The translations under genes and the position numbers were made by a program. The notes under the pieces are model-generated. The model was not told the DNA's origin and did not search any database. It worked only from the letters and a program-made list of their open reading frames with translations. Positions 16,853-26,809 of a stretch of 64,000 bases of DNA are shown here, in pieces (position 1 is the stretch's first letter; each line of letters starts with the position of its first letter). Origin of the DNA: a virus; IMG/VR virus record IMGVR_UViG_2595698409_000001. One strand, given 5' to 3'.

Positions 16853-18385
16853 ATGGCAGCTTTACTTACTGATCAATTTAGAATTTTCTCTGCTAGTAAA
16901 TTCATCAAATCACTAGAAGGTCCTATTGCGATCCAAAGTGATGCTGATGCTGGTGGCACGAGAGATCGTTTGTATATCTTCATCGGGAGACCTCAAACGT
17001 GGGATAATGAAAATTCTCCACCCCAAGCAGTGGACTCTTTCCAAGAGTTTTCTGGATCTTATGATGACATGATTTCTTTGAAAAGAGTTTTGGCATCTGA
17101 TACGATTCAGGTTGTCCGTAGAATTGACTGGGTATCTCCAGAGCAAACTACGGGTGGTCTAGGTTTTACCTATGACATGTATCGTCATGATTATTCTCCT
17201 AGTAAGACTGCTTCTTCTGGTGCAACTAAACTGTATGATTCCGACTTTTATGTTGTGAATTCTCAGTATCAAGTATATAAGTGCATCTACAATGGCACAT
17301 CTCCTTCAGACCCTAACGGAAAACCATCCACAGTTGAGCCGACTGGCACTTCTACTTCTATTATCACTACTTCTGATGGTTATCGCTGGAAATATCTTTA
17401 CACCATCCCTGTTGCTTCTGTTTTGAAGTTTTTCTCTAATGACTACATGCCAGTCTTCTCTAATGATGCGGTGAAGACAAATGCAGTTGCTGGTGAAATT
17501 GATACTGTTGTCATTACTTCAGCAGGATCTGGTTATAATAATGGCACTTACGACAATGTAGGTATTAATGGTGATGGGACAGGTGGTCGTGTTTCTATTG
17601 TTGTTGATGGTGGTAAAATTATTTCCGCTACTGTAACTTCTGGAGGCACGGGTTATACTTTCGGTAAAGTTAGTGTTGATGCTATCACTGGTATCGGCAC
17701 TGGCACAAGTGCTCAGGTTGATGTTATCATTCCTCCTCCAAATGGTCATGGTTTTGATCCTACGATTGAGATTGGATCTTATCGTGTCATGATCAATGCG
17801 AAACTTTCATATGATGAAGGTGCTGGAGACTTCCCGATTGATAACGATTATCGTCGTATTGGTCTTGTAACAAATCCTCTTAAATTTGGAACGTCTGAAT
17901 TAATTTCAGATTTGACAGTATCTGCAACAAAAGCAGTTATTTTCTCTCCTACATTCCAAGGCAATTATGTGCCTGATGAAATTGTCACACAAACTAGAGT
18001 TATTGGCGGTATTAATATTACTGCTAGAGCGAGGGTTGTTAGTTGGAATGCAACTACTAAAGTTTTGAAGTATTATCAAAATGAAGTCGATGGCATTTTC
18101 CCTGAAGTTACAGGTACTTTGAATGAATTTGATGGATCTAATGTCATCAGTGGTGCAACTTCTGGTGCTGCTGGTCAACCTGACATCAACTTCCCTGCAG
18201 TTCCAAATACAGCGTCAAGGACAATTAACAATACTGAATATGATTTGGGTATGAAATTTAACAATGGTTATGCAAAACCAGAGATTAAATCTAATACTGG
18301 ACAAGTCATCTATATAGATAACAGACGTGCGATCAGTCGCGCCAATGACCAAGTAGAAGACATTAAAATCGTAATCGAGTTCTAA
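16853..18385 (+). CDS. gp8: Baseplate wedge subunit gp8
   Basis: YVVNSQYQVYKCIYNG, DGYRWKYLYTI, C-terminal GQVIYIDNR...DQVEDIKIVIEF. Confidence 0.9.
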   Translation: MAALLTDQFRIFSASKFIKSLEGPIAIQSDADAGGTRDRLYIFIGRPQTWDNENSPPQAVDSFQEFSGSYDDMISLKRVLASDTIQVVRRIDWVSPEQTTGGLGFTYDMYRHDYSPSKTASSGATKLYDSDFYVVNSQYQVYKCIYNGTSPSDPNGKPSTVEPTGTSTSIITTSDGYRWKYLYTIPVASVLKFFSNDYMPVFSNDAVKTNAVAGEIDTVVITSAGSGYNNGTYDNVGINGDGTGGRVSIVVDGGKIISATVTSGGTGYTFGKVSVDAITGIGTGTSAQVDVIIPPPNGHGFDPTIEIGSYRVMINAKLSYDEGAGDFPIDNDYRRIGLVTNPLKFGTSELISDLTVSATKAVIFSPTFQGNYVPDEIVTQTRVIGGINITARARVVSWNATTKVLKYYQNEVDGIFPEVTGTLNEFDGSNVISGATSGAAGQPDINFPAVPNTASRTINNTEYDLGMKFNNGYAKPEIKSNTGQVIYIDNRRAISRANDQVEDIKIVIEF

Positions 18386-18388
18386 GAC

Positions 18389-21300
18389 ATGCCCCAGAAT
18401 ACTAACCTTAACGTTACTCCTTATTACGACGACTTTGATAAGGACAAGAACTTTTACAAGGTGCTTTTCCGTCCAGGATTTCCTATCCAAGCAAGGGAAA
18501 TCACTACGATGCAATCGATTCTACAGAATCAGGTTGAAAACATTGGCACACACTTCTTTAAAGAAGGTGCTATGGTCATTCCAGGTCAAGTTGGTTACGA
18601 TCTGAATGTACAAGCAGTTCTTCTACAAGAGTCTTTCCTAGGTAGTGATATTGAAACCTACAGGACTCAACTCAATGGCACTATCATTGAAGGTTTAACA
18701 ACTGGAGTTAAGGCAAAGGTTTTATATTCTATTTCAGCAGAAGAGTCTGAAAAGGGATATATTACACTTTATGTAAAGTATATTGATTCTGGAGATACAA
18801 CTTCAGATACAAGCAGTAAAACTTTCCAAACTAACGAGCAACTTATTTCCAATAAGGAAATTACATTTGGCACAACTTTGATTGAGGTTGGCACACCATT
18901 TGCTCAACTTCTACCTATTAATGCTATAAATGTTGGATCTGCTGCATATATTGAAGAAGGTGTTTATTTCATCAGAGGATATTTTGTAGACGTACCATCT
19001 TCATATATTTTGCTAGAGCAGTATTCTAGCAATCCTTCTTATAGAGTTGGTCTGGAAATTTATGAATCTATTATCACTCCAGAAGATGATGTATCTTTGA
19101 ATGATAATGCTGCAGGCACTTCAAACTATTCAGCACCTGGCGCACATAGATTTAAAATTTCTACGATCTTTGGAAAGAAAGAAATTACCGACGAAGCAGA
19201 TAAGGACTTCGTTGAATTACTTAGAATCAAAGAAAGTAAAGTACAGAGTTTTGTAAACAGCACTGCATACAGTGAGTTGGAGAAGTCTTTAGCAAGACGC
19301 ACCTTTGAGGAATCTGGTGACTATGTAATTGATACATTTGATGTTAAAGCGAGAGAGCATCTTGACGATGGATTTAACAATGGTGTATATGCTAGAGGAT
19401 CTGAATCTGATCAAGGTGCAACTGCATCTGAGGAAAAACTAGCAATTGAAATTTCTCCAGGAAAAGCATATGTTAGAGGATATCGCACAGAATTTGTTTC
19501 ACCACAATATGTTGATGTAGATAAACCTAGGGAATTTGAAGAAATTAATAATGGTATCATCAATTTTACTTTAGGCAACTTCTTTAAAGTTTATGATGTA
19601 TATGGTTGGCCAGAAATTTCTGGAGATGGTGTAAGTAAGGCATATCAAGTTGCAGAATTATATGATGATTGGTCTGCGGATGCTACCTCAGATGTAAAAT
19701 CTGGTGCTAATCAGATTGGTAGATGTAGAGTTGTGCAGATGCAAGAATCTAATACTACATCTTCACAAGGCAATCCTTTCCTTGGTCAAGGATCTTCAAG
19801 TGGCATTTATGATGTATGGTTCTTTGATGTCCAGATGTGGACAGTATTGAATATCAATAATGCCGTAACTCCATATGTTGCAGGCACTAGAATTAAAGGT
19901 AGGACCTCAGGTGCCACAGCATATATTGCAAGTACTGGTAACAATACACATTACATTTATGTTGAGCAAGTATCGGGACTCTTTAGTAATGGAGAAATTC
20001 TAGAGATAGATGGTAAGAATGTCGGCACTCTTGAAGCTGCTCATACTTACAATCTAACGGATTCTAGATCCATGTTTGGTCGTAACAATACGAGTGCAAT
20101 TCGTTTTGGTTGTAATATTATCCTGAATGATGCAAGACCTATTGAATTGTCTACTGTAAGCATCAGCTCTACTGCTGGTGGTGTCTTAGGTGTAGACAGT
20201 CTTTCTGGCGGCACTGGCGGTTATGCTGAGGAAACTAATGTTGCTACAACTTCTAGCGGCAGTGGCACTGGTCTCACGGTTGATCTTAGTGTTGATGATG
20301 ATGGTGTTGTCACTCTTGCAACTATCAATACTCCTGGTGAAGGATATGCTATCGATGAAGTCGTTACTATTGCTAATACCAATCTCACTGATGGTGTTGG
20401 CACAGTAGATACAATCAGTGCTGCTGATGCGTCCAGAGCTTCTGGCACTTATAACATTGGAGCATCAGACTATACTACCTCTGGATCTGGCACAAACGCA
20501 ACTTTCACTATTACGGTTGATGGAAGTGGTGCTGCCAGTATCGTAGTTGAAGATAAGGGTGGTGGATATATTGTAAATGAAACGTTTACAGTTTTGGATA
20601 CTGTGCTTGGTAGTGGCGGTGCTGCATCATTAACGTTTGATGTTGCTGCTCTCACTGGTAACACAGCAACTGTTGATGTTAATAAAATTACCGAAGCAAA
20701 TTCTCTGACTGGTTTCCGTACTAGATTTGAAAGAGATTTGAGACCTGGAGAAGTTATTACTCCAACAGTGTCTGATGTTGAGGGTAACAATACTATTCGT
20801 ATTGAAAGAGTAAATCCAGCAGCAATTGCAACAACAGCAACTAATAAAAAGTCTACTGTAGCTGCTGGTGATGAAATCTTCAACTATGCTAATCAAACTA
20901 CATCTATTGATTTTGGTCTGAGAGTTGGTAGTGTTATCGAAGGAGAGTATGCAGAATTAGTTAGATTGCGTCCTTACATCTTCCAAAAAGACTATCAAAA
21001 CGGAGAATTGTCTTTTGACTTGGCAGAAGATGCCATGAGATCTTTGTCTGATGAATCATTCTTTGTCTATAGAAATTTTGCAAACAAACCTGTAATTTCT
21101 GGATCGATTACATTTACACTTCCAGAAACCGAAGCATTTGGTGCCTTGGATGGCGAAAACTTTGTGCTTACTATTATTGATGGTGGTGGGACACCTCAAA
21201 CATTTGCTGACGGAGCAAACTTAGATATCGATGCACTTTCTGATGGTGGCACACTTAGTGTTACATATGGTGCCAATAATCAATCTATTGCTATTTCAGG

Positions 21301-24300
21301 TTTAACAGGTGTAGTCACAGTTACTTTAACAGCACTAGTTTCTAAAAATACGGTCTCTAAGAAAATTAAGACCGCTTCTAAGATGAAGGCATTGAAAGTT
21401 ATTAAAACTACTGAAAATGTAGATGTGCAGCAAACTGGTCTTACTTATAGTACTCTCTTTGGTACTAGAGTCCAAGACGAGCAAATTTCTTTCGGAATTA
21501 ATGATGTTTATAATATTCATGCAGTATATGAGTCTTTAGATGATAATGATGCATCTGCGCCATACATTGTCTTAACAGAGTCAACATTCTTTGCAACAGG
21601 ATCTCTTATTGTTGGTAAGACTTCAGGTGCAAGAGGCAGAGTAATTTCATTCTCTAACACAAATCTTAGATTGTATTATGTTAATATCAACGAATCTACG
21701 TTTATCTCGGGTGAGACTGTAGAAGGATTTGATACAGATGATGTTGTAATTTCTGGCATTATTGATGATGTTGATGATGCAGTTTTTTCTGGAAGTAAAG
21801 TTATTACCAACCAGTTTACCTTAGATCAATCCCAAAAGACTAACTTCTATGACTGCTCTAGATTTGTTAGAGATGCAGGCACAGTAGCACCTGCTAGAAG
21901 ACTGCTGGTAATTTTTGATTACTTTGTGCATGAGGCATCGGGTGATTATTTCTCTGCAGAATCTTATAGTGGTATTTTATACAAAGAAATTCCAAACATT
22001 AAATTGGATGGATCTCTCAAGAAAATTCGTGACCAGGCAGACTTCCGTCCTGCAATTCAAGAATTGAGAAATGGATCTGGCACAGTCACTGCACCATTCT
22101 TTGTAAATTGCTCTACGTTTGACTTCGTTTCTAGAGTATTTGAAACTGGAAATGGATCGACAATTTTTGATATAATGAAGGTCAATACATCGTTTAGATC
22201 TGACTATTCATGGTATCTTCCTAGAATTGATAATCTATATCTTTCTCACGATGGAGAATTGAGAATTACTTCTGGTGTGTCTGGTTACTATCTAATTCCA
22301 CCACAACCTGTCCAGAATGCTATGCTTCTGGCAACCATTGAATACAAACCTTATGTATTCAATCCTGAAGATGATGTAATTATTACATCAGAAGTAATTC
22401 GTCGTTACACGATGAAAGATATTGGAGCACTAGAAGATAGATTAACTAACGTAGAATACTATACATCCCTATCATTATTAGAATCTCAAGCAGATAACAC
22501 TAATGTTTACGATGAAAATGGTTTTGATCGTCTGAAAAATGGTTATGTTGTAGACGACTTTACTGATCATACTGTTGGTGATGTCTTAAGTCCAGATTAT
22601 AAGTGCTCTTTAGACTTCAGAGAAGGTCAGTTACGCCCATCACATTATACAACTAATGTTGGTCTTAAGTATAATCCTACTGCATCCACAAATATTGTCA
22701 AAACTAATGGCAATGTATTGATGCTTCCTTATGAAGATCTTGCTGTTATCACTCAACCATATGCATCTCGGACAATTAATGTAAACCCATTCAACGTCTT
22801 TACCTTTATTGGTCGTATTGACTTGACACCTGCATCAGATGATTGGATTGACACCGTTCGTTTACCTGCAAAAGTTGAAAATGTTGAAGGTGATTTTTCT
22901 GCAACTACCGCTAAGTTGGGTGCTGATCCTAATACTGGATTTGCTCCTATTCAGTGGGGATCTTGGCAGACTAACTGGACAGGCGAGACTTTGAAATCCA
23001 AGAAGAGATTCCAGTCACAGTCTGGCACATATGGTGTTGGTCGTGCTCTGGGTCGTGCTGGTCACGGTCAGCGTCGTCAAGGTCTTTTCTATCTAAAAGA
23101 ACGTCGCACATTCCGTGTTGTTAATAACCAGGCTAGACAGGGTGTCAGGACTAAAGTTGTGCCAAAGATTGAGCGTAAGTCTCAAGGTGATACTATTCTT
23201 TCACAGTCTGCAGTTCCTTGGATTCGCTCCAGAAACATTGGTTTCAACGTTGATCGTATGAAACCTCGCACAAGAGTATTTGCATTCTTTGATGGTGTTA
23301 ATATTACTACCTACATTACACCAAAAGTTATTGAGTTAACTAAGAATTCTAGTGAAGATAATCGCACGAATGAAACTCCATTCGTTGTTGGTGAGACTGT
23401 TATTGGCGAAACCTCTGGTTGTCAACTTAATGTTATTGATCCAAATGATGGATATAAAACTAATCCATATGGAAAGGGAGAAGAAACTCTTCCCACAACA
23501 TACTCTTCTCAAACTCAATATTTGAATCACGATATTACCGTAATTTCTGAAAATGTATCTCCAGATTATTTTGGTAATATGCAAGTTGGCGAAGTATTAG
23601 TTGGTCAAACCTCTGGTGCTCGTGCAGTTGTGAAAGATCGCCGCCTTCTTACTGACAACGTTGGTAACATTCAAGGCACTTTCTTTGTGCCTTCTCCCAA
23701 AAATGATGCTAATCCACGTTGGGCAACTGGCACCAGATCTATTAGATTCACTACATCTGATAGCAATTCTAGGACTCCAGGGGCAGTAGAATCTTCTGCA
23801 GATGGTAAGTATACTGCTACTGGCACATTACAGACTGTCCGTGAAAATATTCTTGCTATTCGTAATGCTGAAGTTGTTACTGATACAGTTAATGATAAGA
23901 GAGTTGTTACAACAACTAGGACAGAGACACGTCAACTTGGTTGGTATGACCCTCTGGCACAATCTTTCATTATTGAAGATGAGGGTGGTATTTTCTTAAC
24001 TGGTGTTGATATTTTCTTCGCAACAAAAGATACCAATATTCCAGTTTCCATGCAGATTCGTGCAATGGAAAATGGTTATCCGTCAAAGAGTATTCTACCA
24101 TTCTCTGATATTACCCTTACACCAGATGTTGTAGAGACTTCCGAATCTGCTGCACTGCCAACCAGATTTACTTTCAAAGCACCTGTTTATATTAAGGCAT
24201 CTGTTGAATATTGCTTCGTGCTTCTGTCTGACTCCAACGAATATACAGTTTGGATTTCCCGAATGGGTGATGTCGATGTAACTGGAAACAGGACAATTTC

Positions 24301-26266
24301 TGAGCAACCCTATGCTGGTGTGCTATTCAAGTCACAAAACGCATCTACCTGGACTGCTGACCAGTATTCTGACGCTAAATTTACTGTATATCGTGCTGAG
24401 TTTACTCAAACAACTGGCACTGTTGCTCTTAACAATACTCCTCAGGGTAAAGGTAATGGTGGTATCCATAGACTGATTGATAATCCAATTCAAACTATCA
24501 AACCTACCCAAACATTTAGTCTTCCTACAGCAGCATATACTTATACTGACGGTGCAAGACTGAAGCAGGTAACAACACAAGCAGAAGCAACTATCGTTTC
24601 GTTTGATGACACTGCTGATGAAATCACAGTAAATTCTGTTACTGGATCTTGGTTGCAAGGTACTAGCAACACATATTTGATTACATCTTCACAGTCCTTT
24701 ATGGAAACGACAGTGACTGGTATTTCAGGGACATTATCTATAGGAGACGTTGTAACTGGTAGTAGCTCCAACTCTACTGGTGAAGTTCTTGAGTGGGATT
24801 CTGGCACAGGAGTACTTAAACTAAACTTCATCTCTGGTAATTTCTCCCCTTCCGAAACTTTAACTAATCCTGGTAGTTTTAGTGCAACTGCAGGTGGGAC
24901 AACTGCTGCGACTGGTGATAGTTTAGGTGGTTATCTGGATGCAGTGCCTACTTATGCATCAGATATGCAGGAAGTATTGGTATATCATAAAAACCATTGT
25001 ATGCATAATAGATCAAACAATGTTACAATTGAAGGAGTAATTTCTGAGATTACTCCAACAACATTAGCAGCAGGTCTTGCTATTAGTGGCACTACACTGA
25101 CTGTGGATAATGCATCACAATTCCATAAAATTATTAATGGCGTTTCTATTAGTAATGTCAATCCAGGATATCTTAAGATCAAATCTGCAACTTCATCCGT
25201 TGAAGAAATCATTCAGTATTCTGCAATTTCCAATGATGGAAAAACTATTACCGTAGCAACTTCTGGTAGGGGTGCATCGGGCACAGATGATATTGCACAT
25301 AGTTCTGGTGATATAGTTGAATGTTACAACTTAGATGGCATTCCTCTTATCAATATTAATAAGACACATACGAGTATTGAATGCCCATGGATTGATACTT
25401 ATATGTTAGACGTTGGTGCAGTTGCTACTAGTGGCATTAGGACTGGTGGAAGTATGGTTTATTCTACACAGAATATTCAATTTGAAACTCTAACACCTAC
25501 AGTTTCTGTCATGGATCTTCCAGAAACTACTATTACTGCTAGAGTAAATACTACCAGTGCAACATCTGTTGGTGAAGGTGGTGGTGAAGGTGGATCTGCC
25601 CCTCGTGACCAAGCATCTTTTGTCAATAATGGTGAATATGTCCCAGTCACACTTAACGATCTCAACTTCTTCCCCAACCCACGAATGGTTTGCTCTAATA
25701 TTAACGAGCAAAATAAATTGAGTGGTAATCCATCCTTCACAATGTTAATTGATCTTTCTACAGAGAAGAGCACTCTTTCTCCTGTAGTTGACCTGGATAG
25801 ATGCTCACTGATTACAACTTCAAATAGAATCAACAAATGGCCAGGTGGTCCACAACCATATGGTCAGCAAGGTTTGATTGATAGGACTCAAGATGTTTCT
25901 CTCCTACCATTTGGTGACCAAAACGATTGTGTTTATCTCACTCGTTTGGCGAGACTTTCCCAAGAGTCTAGATCTTTGAGAATTGATTTCCAAATGTCCA
26001 GACCTCCTCAAGCAGAAGTATTCCTATACTATAGGACTTTTGACATGGGATCTAATGAGAATCCTGATGAGAAAGGTTGGACTAAGATGGATCTTCCCCT
26101 CCAGTATGACTCTTCTCCCTCAGAAGAAATTCTTTGGAAGGATTACTACTACGAGGTAGGTGGTCTAAACTTCAATGCTTTCCAAATTAAGATCGTAATG
26201 AGATCCGACAGTCAGGCAAGAGTGCCATTAATCGCAGACCTAAGAGCTATCGCTATTGCAACATAA
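18389..26266 (+). CDS. Large virion structural protein, DUF4815 / VrlC-like
   Basis: N-terminus NLNVTPYYDDFD..KNFYKVLFRPG.PIQARE.TT.QSILQNQ; WYDPLAQSF; C-terminus VPLIADLRAIA; follows gp8. Confidence 0.8.
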   Translation: MPQNTNLNVTPYYDDFDKDKNFYKVLFRPGFPIQAREITTMQSILQNQVENIGTHFFKEGAMVIPGQVGYDLNVQAVLLQESFLGSDIETYRTQLNGTIIEGLTTGVKAKVLYSISAEESEKGYITLYVKYIDSGDTTSDTSSKTFQTNEQLISNKEITFGTTLIEVGTPFAQLLPINAINVGSAAYIEEGVYFIRGYFVDVPSSYILLEQYSSNPSYRVGLEIYESIITPEDDVSLNDNAAGTSNYSAPGAHRFKISTIFGKKEITDEADKDFVELLRIKESKVQSFVNSTAYSELEKSLARRTFEESGDYVIDTFDVKAREHLDDGFNNGVYARGSESDQGATASEEKLAIEISPGKAYVRGYRTEFVSPQYVDVDKPREFEEINNGIINFTLGNFFKVYDVYGWPEISGDGVSKAYQVAELYDDWSADATSDVKSGANQIGRCRVVQMQESNTTSSQGNPFLGQGSSSGIYDVWFFDVQMWTVLNINNAVTPYVAGTRIKGRTSGATAYIASTGNNTHYIYVEQVSGLFSNGEILEIDGKNVGTLEAAHTYNLTDSRSMFGRNNTSAIRFGCNIILNDARPIELSTVSISSTAGGVLGVDSLSGGTGGYAEETNVATTSSGSGTGLTVDLSVDDDGVVTLATINTPGEGYAIDEVVTIANTNLTDGVGTVDTISAADASRASGTYNIGASDYTTSGSGTNATFTITVDGSGAASIVVEDKGGGYIVNETFTVLDTVLGSGGAASLTFDVAALTGNTATVDVNKITEANSLTGFRTRFERDLRPGEVITPTVSDVEGNNTIRIERVNPAAIATTATNKKSTVAAGDEIFNYANQTTSIDFGLRVGSVIEGEYAELVRLRPYIFQKDYQNGELSFDLAEDAMRSLSDESFFVYRNFANKPVISGSITFTLPETEAFGALDGENFVLTIIDGGGTPQTFADGANLDIDALSDGGTLSVTYGANNQSIAISGLTGVVTVTLTALVSKNTVSKKIKTASKMKALKVIKTTENVDVQQTGLTYSTLFGTRVQDEQISFGINDVYNIHAVYESLDDNDASAPYIVLTESTFFATGSLIVGKTSGARGRVISFSNTNLRLYYVNINESTFISGETVEGFDTDDVVISGIIDDVDDAVFSGSKVITNQFTLDQSQKTNFYDCSRFVRDAGTVAPARRLLVIFDYFVHEASGDYFSAESYSGILYKEIPNIKLDGSLKKIRDQADFRPAIQELRNGSGTVTAPFFVNCSTFDFVSRVFETGNGSTIFDIMKVNTSFRSDYSWYLPRIDNLYLSHDGELRITSGVSGYYLIPPQPVQNAMLLATIEYKPYVFNPEDDVIITSEVIRRYTMKDIGALEDRLTNVEYYTSLSLLESQADNTNVYDENGFDRLKNGYVVDDFTDHTVGDVLSPDYKCSLDFREGQLRPSHYTTNVGLKYNPTASTNIVKTNGNVLMLPYEDLAVITQPYASRTINVNPFNVFTFIGRIDLTPASDDWIDTVRLPAKVENVEGDFSATTAKLGADPNTGFAPIQWGSWQTNWTGETLKSKKRFQSQSGTYGVGRALGRAGHGQRRQGLFYLKERRTFRVVNNQARQGVRTKVVPKIERKSQGDTILSQSAVPWIRSRNIGFNVDRMKPRTRVFAFFDGVNITTYITPKVIELTKNSSEDNRTNETPFVVGETVIGETSGCQLNVIDPNDGYKTNPYGKGEETLPTTYSSQTQYLNHDITVISENVSPDYFGNMQVGEVLVGQTSGARAVVKDRRLLTDNVGNIQGTFFVPSPKNDANPRWATGTRSIRFTTSDSNSRTPGAVESSADGKYTATGTLQTVRENILAIRNAEVVTDTVNDKRVVTTTRTETRQLGWYDPLAQSFIIEDEGGIFLTGVDIFFATKDTNIPVSMQIRAMENGYPSKSILPFSDITLTPDVVETSESAALPTRFTFKAPVYIKASVEYCFVLLSDSNEYTVWISRMGDVDVTGNRTISEQPYAGVLFKSQNASTWTADQYSDAKFTVYRAEFTQTTGTVALNNTPQGKGNGGIHRLIDNPIQTIKPTQTFSLPTAAYTYTDGARLKQVTTQAEATIVSFDDTADEITVNSVTGSWLQGTSNTYLITSSQSFMETTVTGISGTLSIGDVVTGSSSNSTGEVLEWDSGTGVLKLNFISGNFSPSETLTNPGSFSATAGGTTAATGDSLGGYLDAVPTYASDMQEVLVYHKNHCMHNRSNNVTIEGVISEITPTTLAAGLAISGTTLTVDNASQFHKIINGVSISNVNPGYLKIKSATSSVEEIIQYSAISNDGKTITVATSGRGASGTDDIAHSSGDIVECYNLDGIPLININKTHTSIECPWIDTYMLDVGAVATSGIRTGGSMVYSTQNIQFETLTPTVSVMDLPETTITARVNTTSATSVGEGGGEGGSAPRDQASFVNNGEYVPVTLNDLNFFPNPRMVCSNINEQNKLSGNPSFTMLIDLSTEKSTLSPVVDLDRCSLITTSNRINKWPGGPQPYGQQGLIDRTQDVSLLPFGDQNDCVYLTRLARLSQESRSLRIDFQMSRPPQAEVFLYYRTFDMGSNENPDEKGWTKMDLPLQYDSSPSEEILWKDYYYEVGGLNFNAFQIKIVMRSDSQARVPLIADLRAIAIAT

Positions 26267-26268
26267 TT

Positions 26269-26508
26269 ATGAATGATGATTTAATTCCAGTAGACGGAAA
26301 GGATGGATGGTATAGAGACCCCTACTCAAATGCCATCATTAATTCCAATACATCTGAATACACTAAATATATGGCGACTTACAATAAGCGCCATAAAGAA
26401 ATGACTGAAAAGGAAGCTTTACAAAAAGAAGTTTCTCAGTTAAAATCTGAAATGAGTGATATCAAATCACTCTTAATAACGTTAGTCCAAAATCAAAGAA
26501 AATTATGA
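26269..26508 (+). CDS. Hypothetical protein with coiled-coil C-terminus
   Basis: ORF abuts the DUF4815 gene; LIPVDGKDGWYRDPYSNAIIN. Confidence 0.75.
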   Translation: MNDDLIPVDGKDGWYRDPYSNAIINSNTSEYTKYMATYNKRHKEMTEKEALQKEVSQLKSEMSDIKSLLITLVQNQRKL

Positions 26509-26732
26509 CAATTGAAAAAGTTTCCCAAGATGAAATGCTTGGTCAATTCAAGCAACGTTATGCGAGTCTAGTTGAAGAAAACAAGAAACTTGCAGAGAAG
26601 ATTAAAGAAAATGAAATTACAGCACTTAAACTTCAGGGTGCTATTGAAACTCTAGAGTATTATAATCCTCCTGAGGAAGAAACAATGTCTGCACCTCCTG
26701 AAGAAGATGAAGAAGTTGGTTTAACTGAATAA
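26505..26732 (+). CDS. Hypothetical coiled-coil protein
   Basis: ATGA overlap with the upstream gene; followed by a terminator. Confidence 0.75.
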   Translation: MTIEKVSQDEMLGQFKQRYASLVEENKKLAEKIKENEITALKLQGAIETLEYYNPPEEETMSAPPEEDEEVGLTE

Positions 26733-26733
26733 T

Positions 26734-26760
26734 AAAAGGAGGACTCAAGTCCTCCTTTTT
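26734..26760 (+). terminator. Rho-independent terminator (possibly bidirectional)
   Basis: AAAAGGAGGAC-TCAA-GTCCTCCTTTTT perfect stem with T tract. Confidence 0.85.
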
Positions 26761-26766
26761 AATGTC

Positions 26767-26773
26767 ATAAATA
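26767..26773 (+). promoter_or_regulatory. Late promoter (ATAAATA)
   Basis: cATAAATAa between the terminator and the tail fibre start. Confidence 0.75.
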
Positions 26774-26809
26774 ACTCAGAAGCATTAACTGTACGGGTTG
26801 TCGTAAAAA

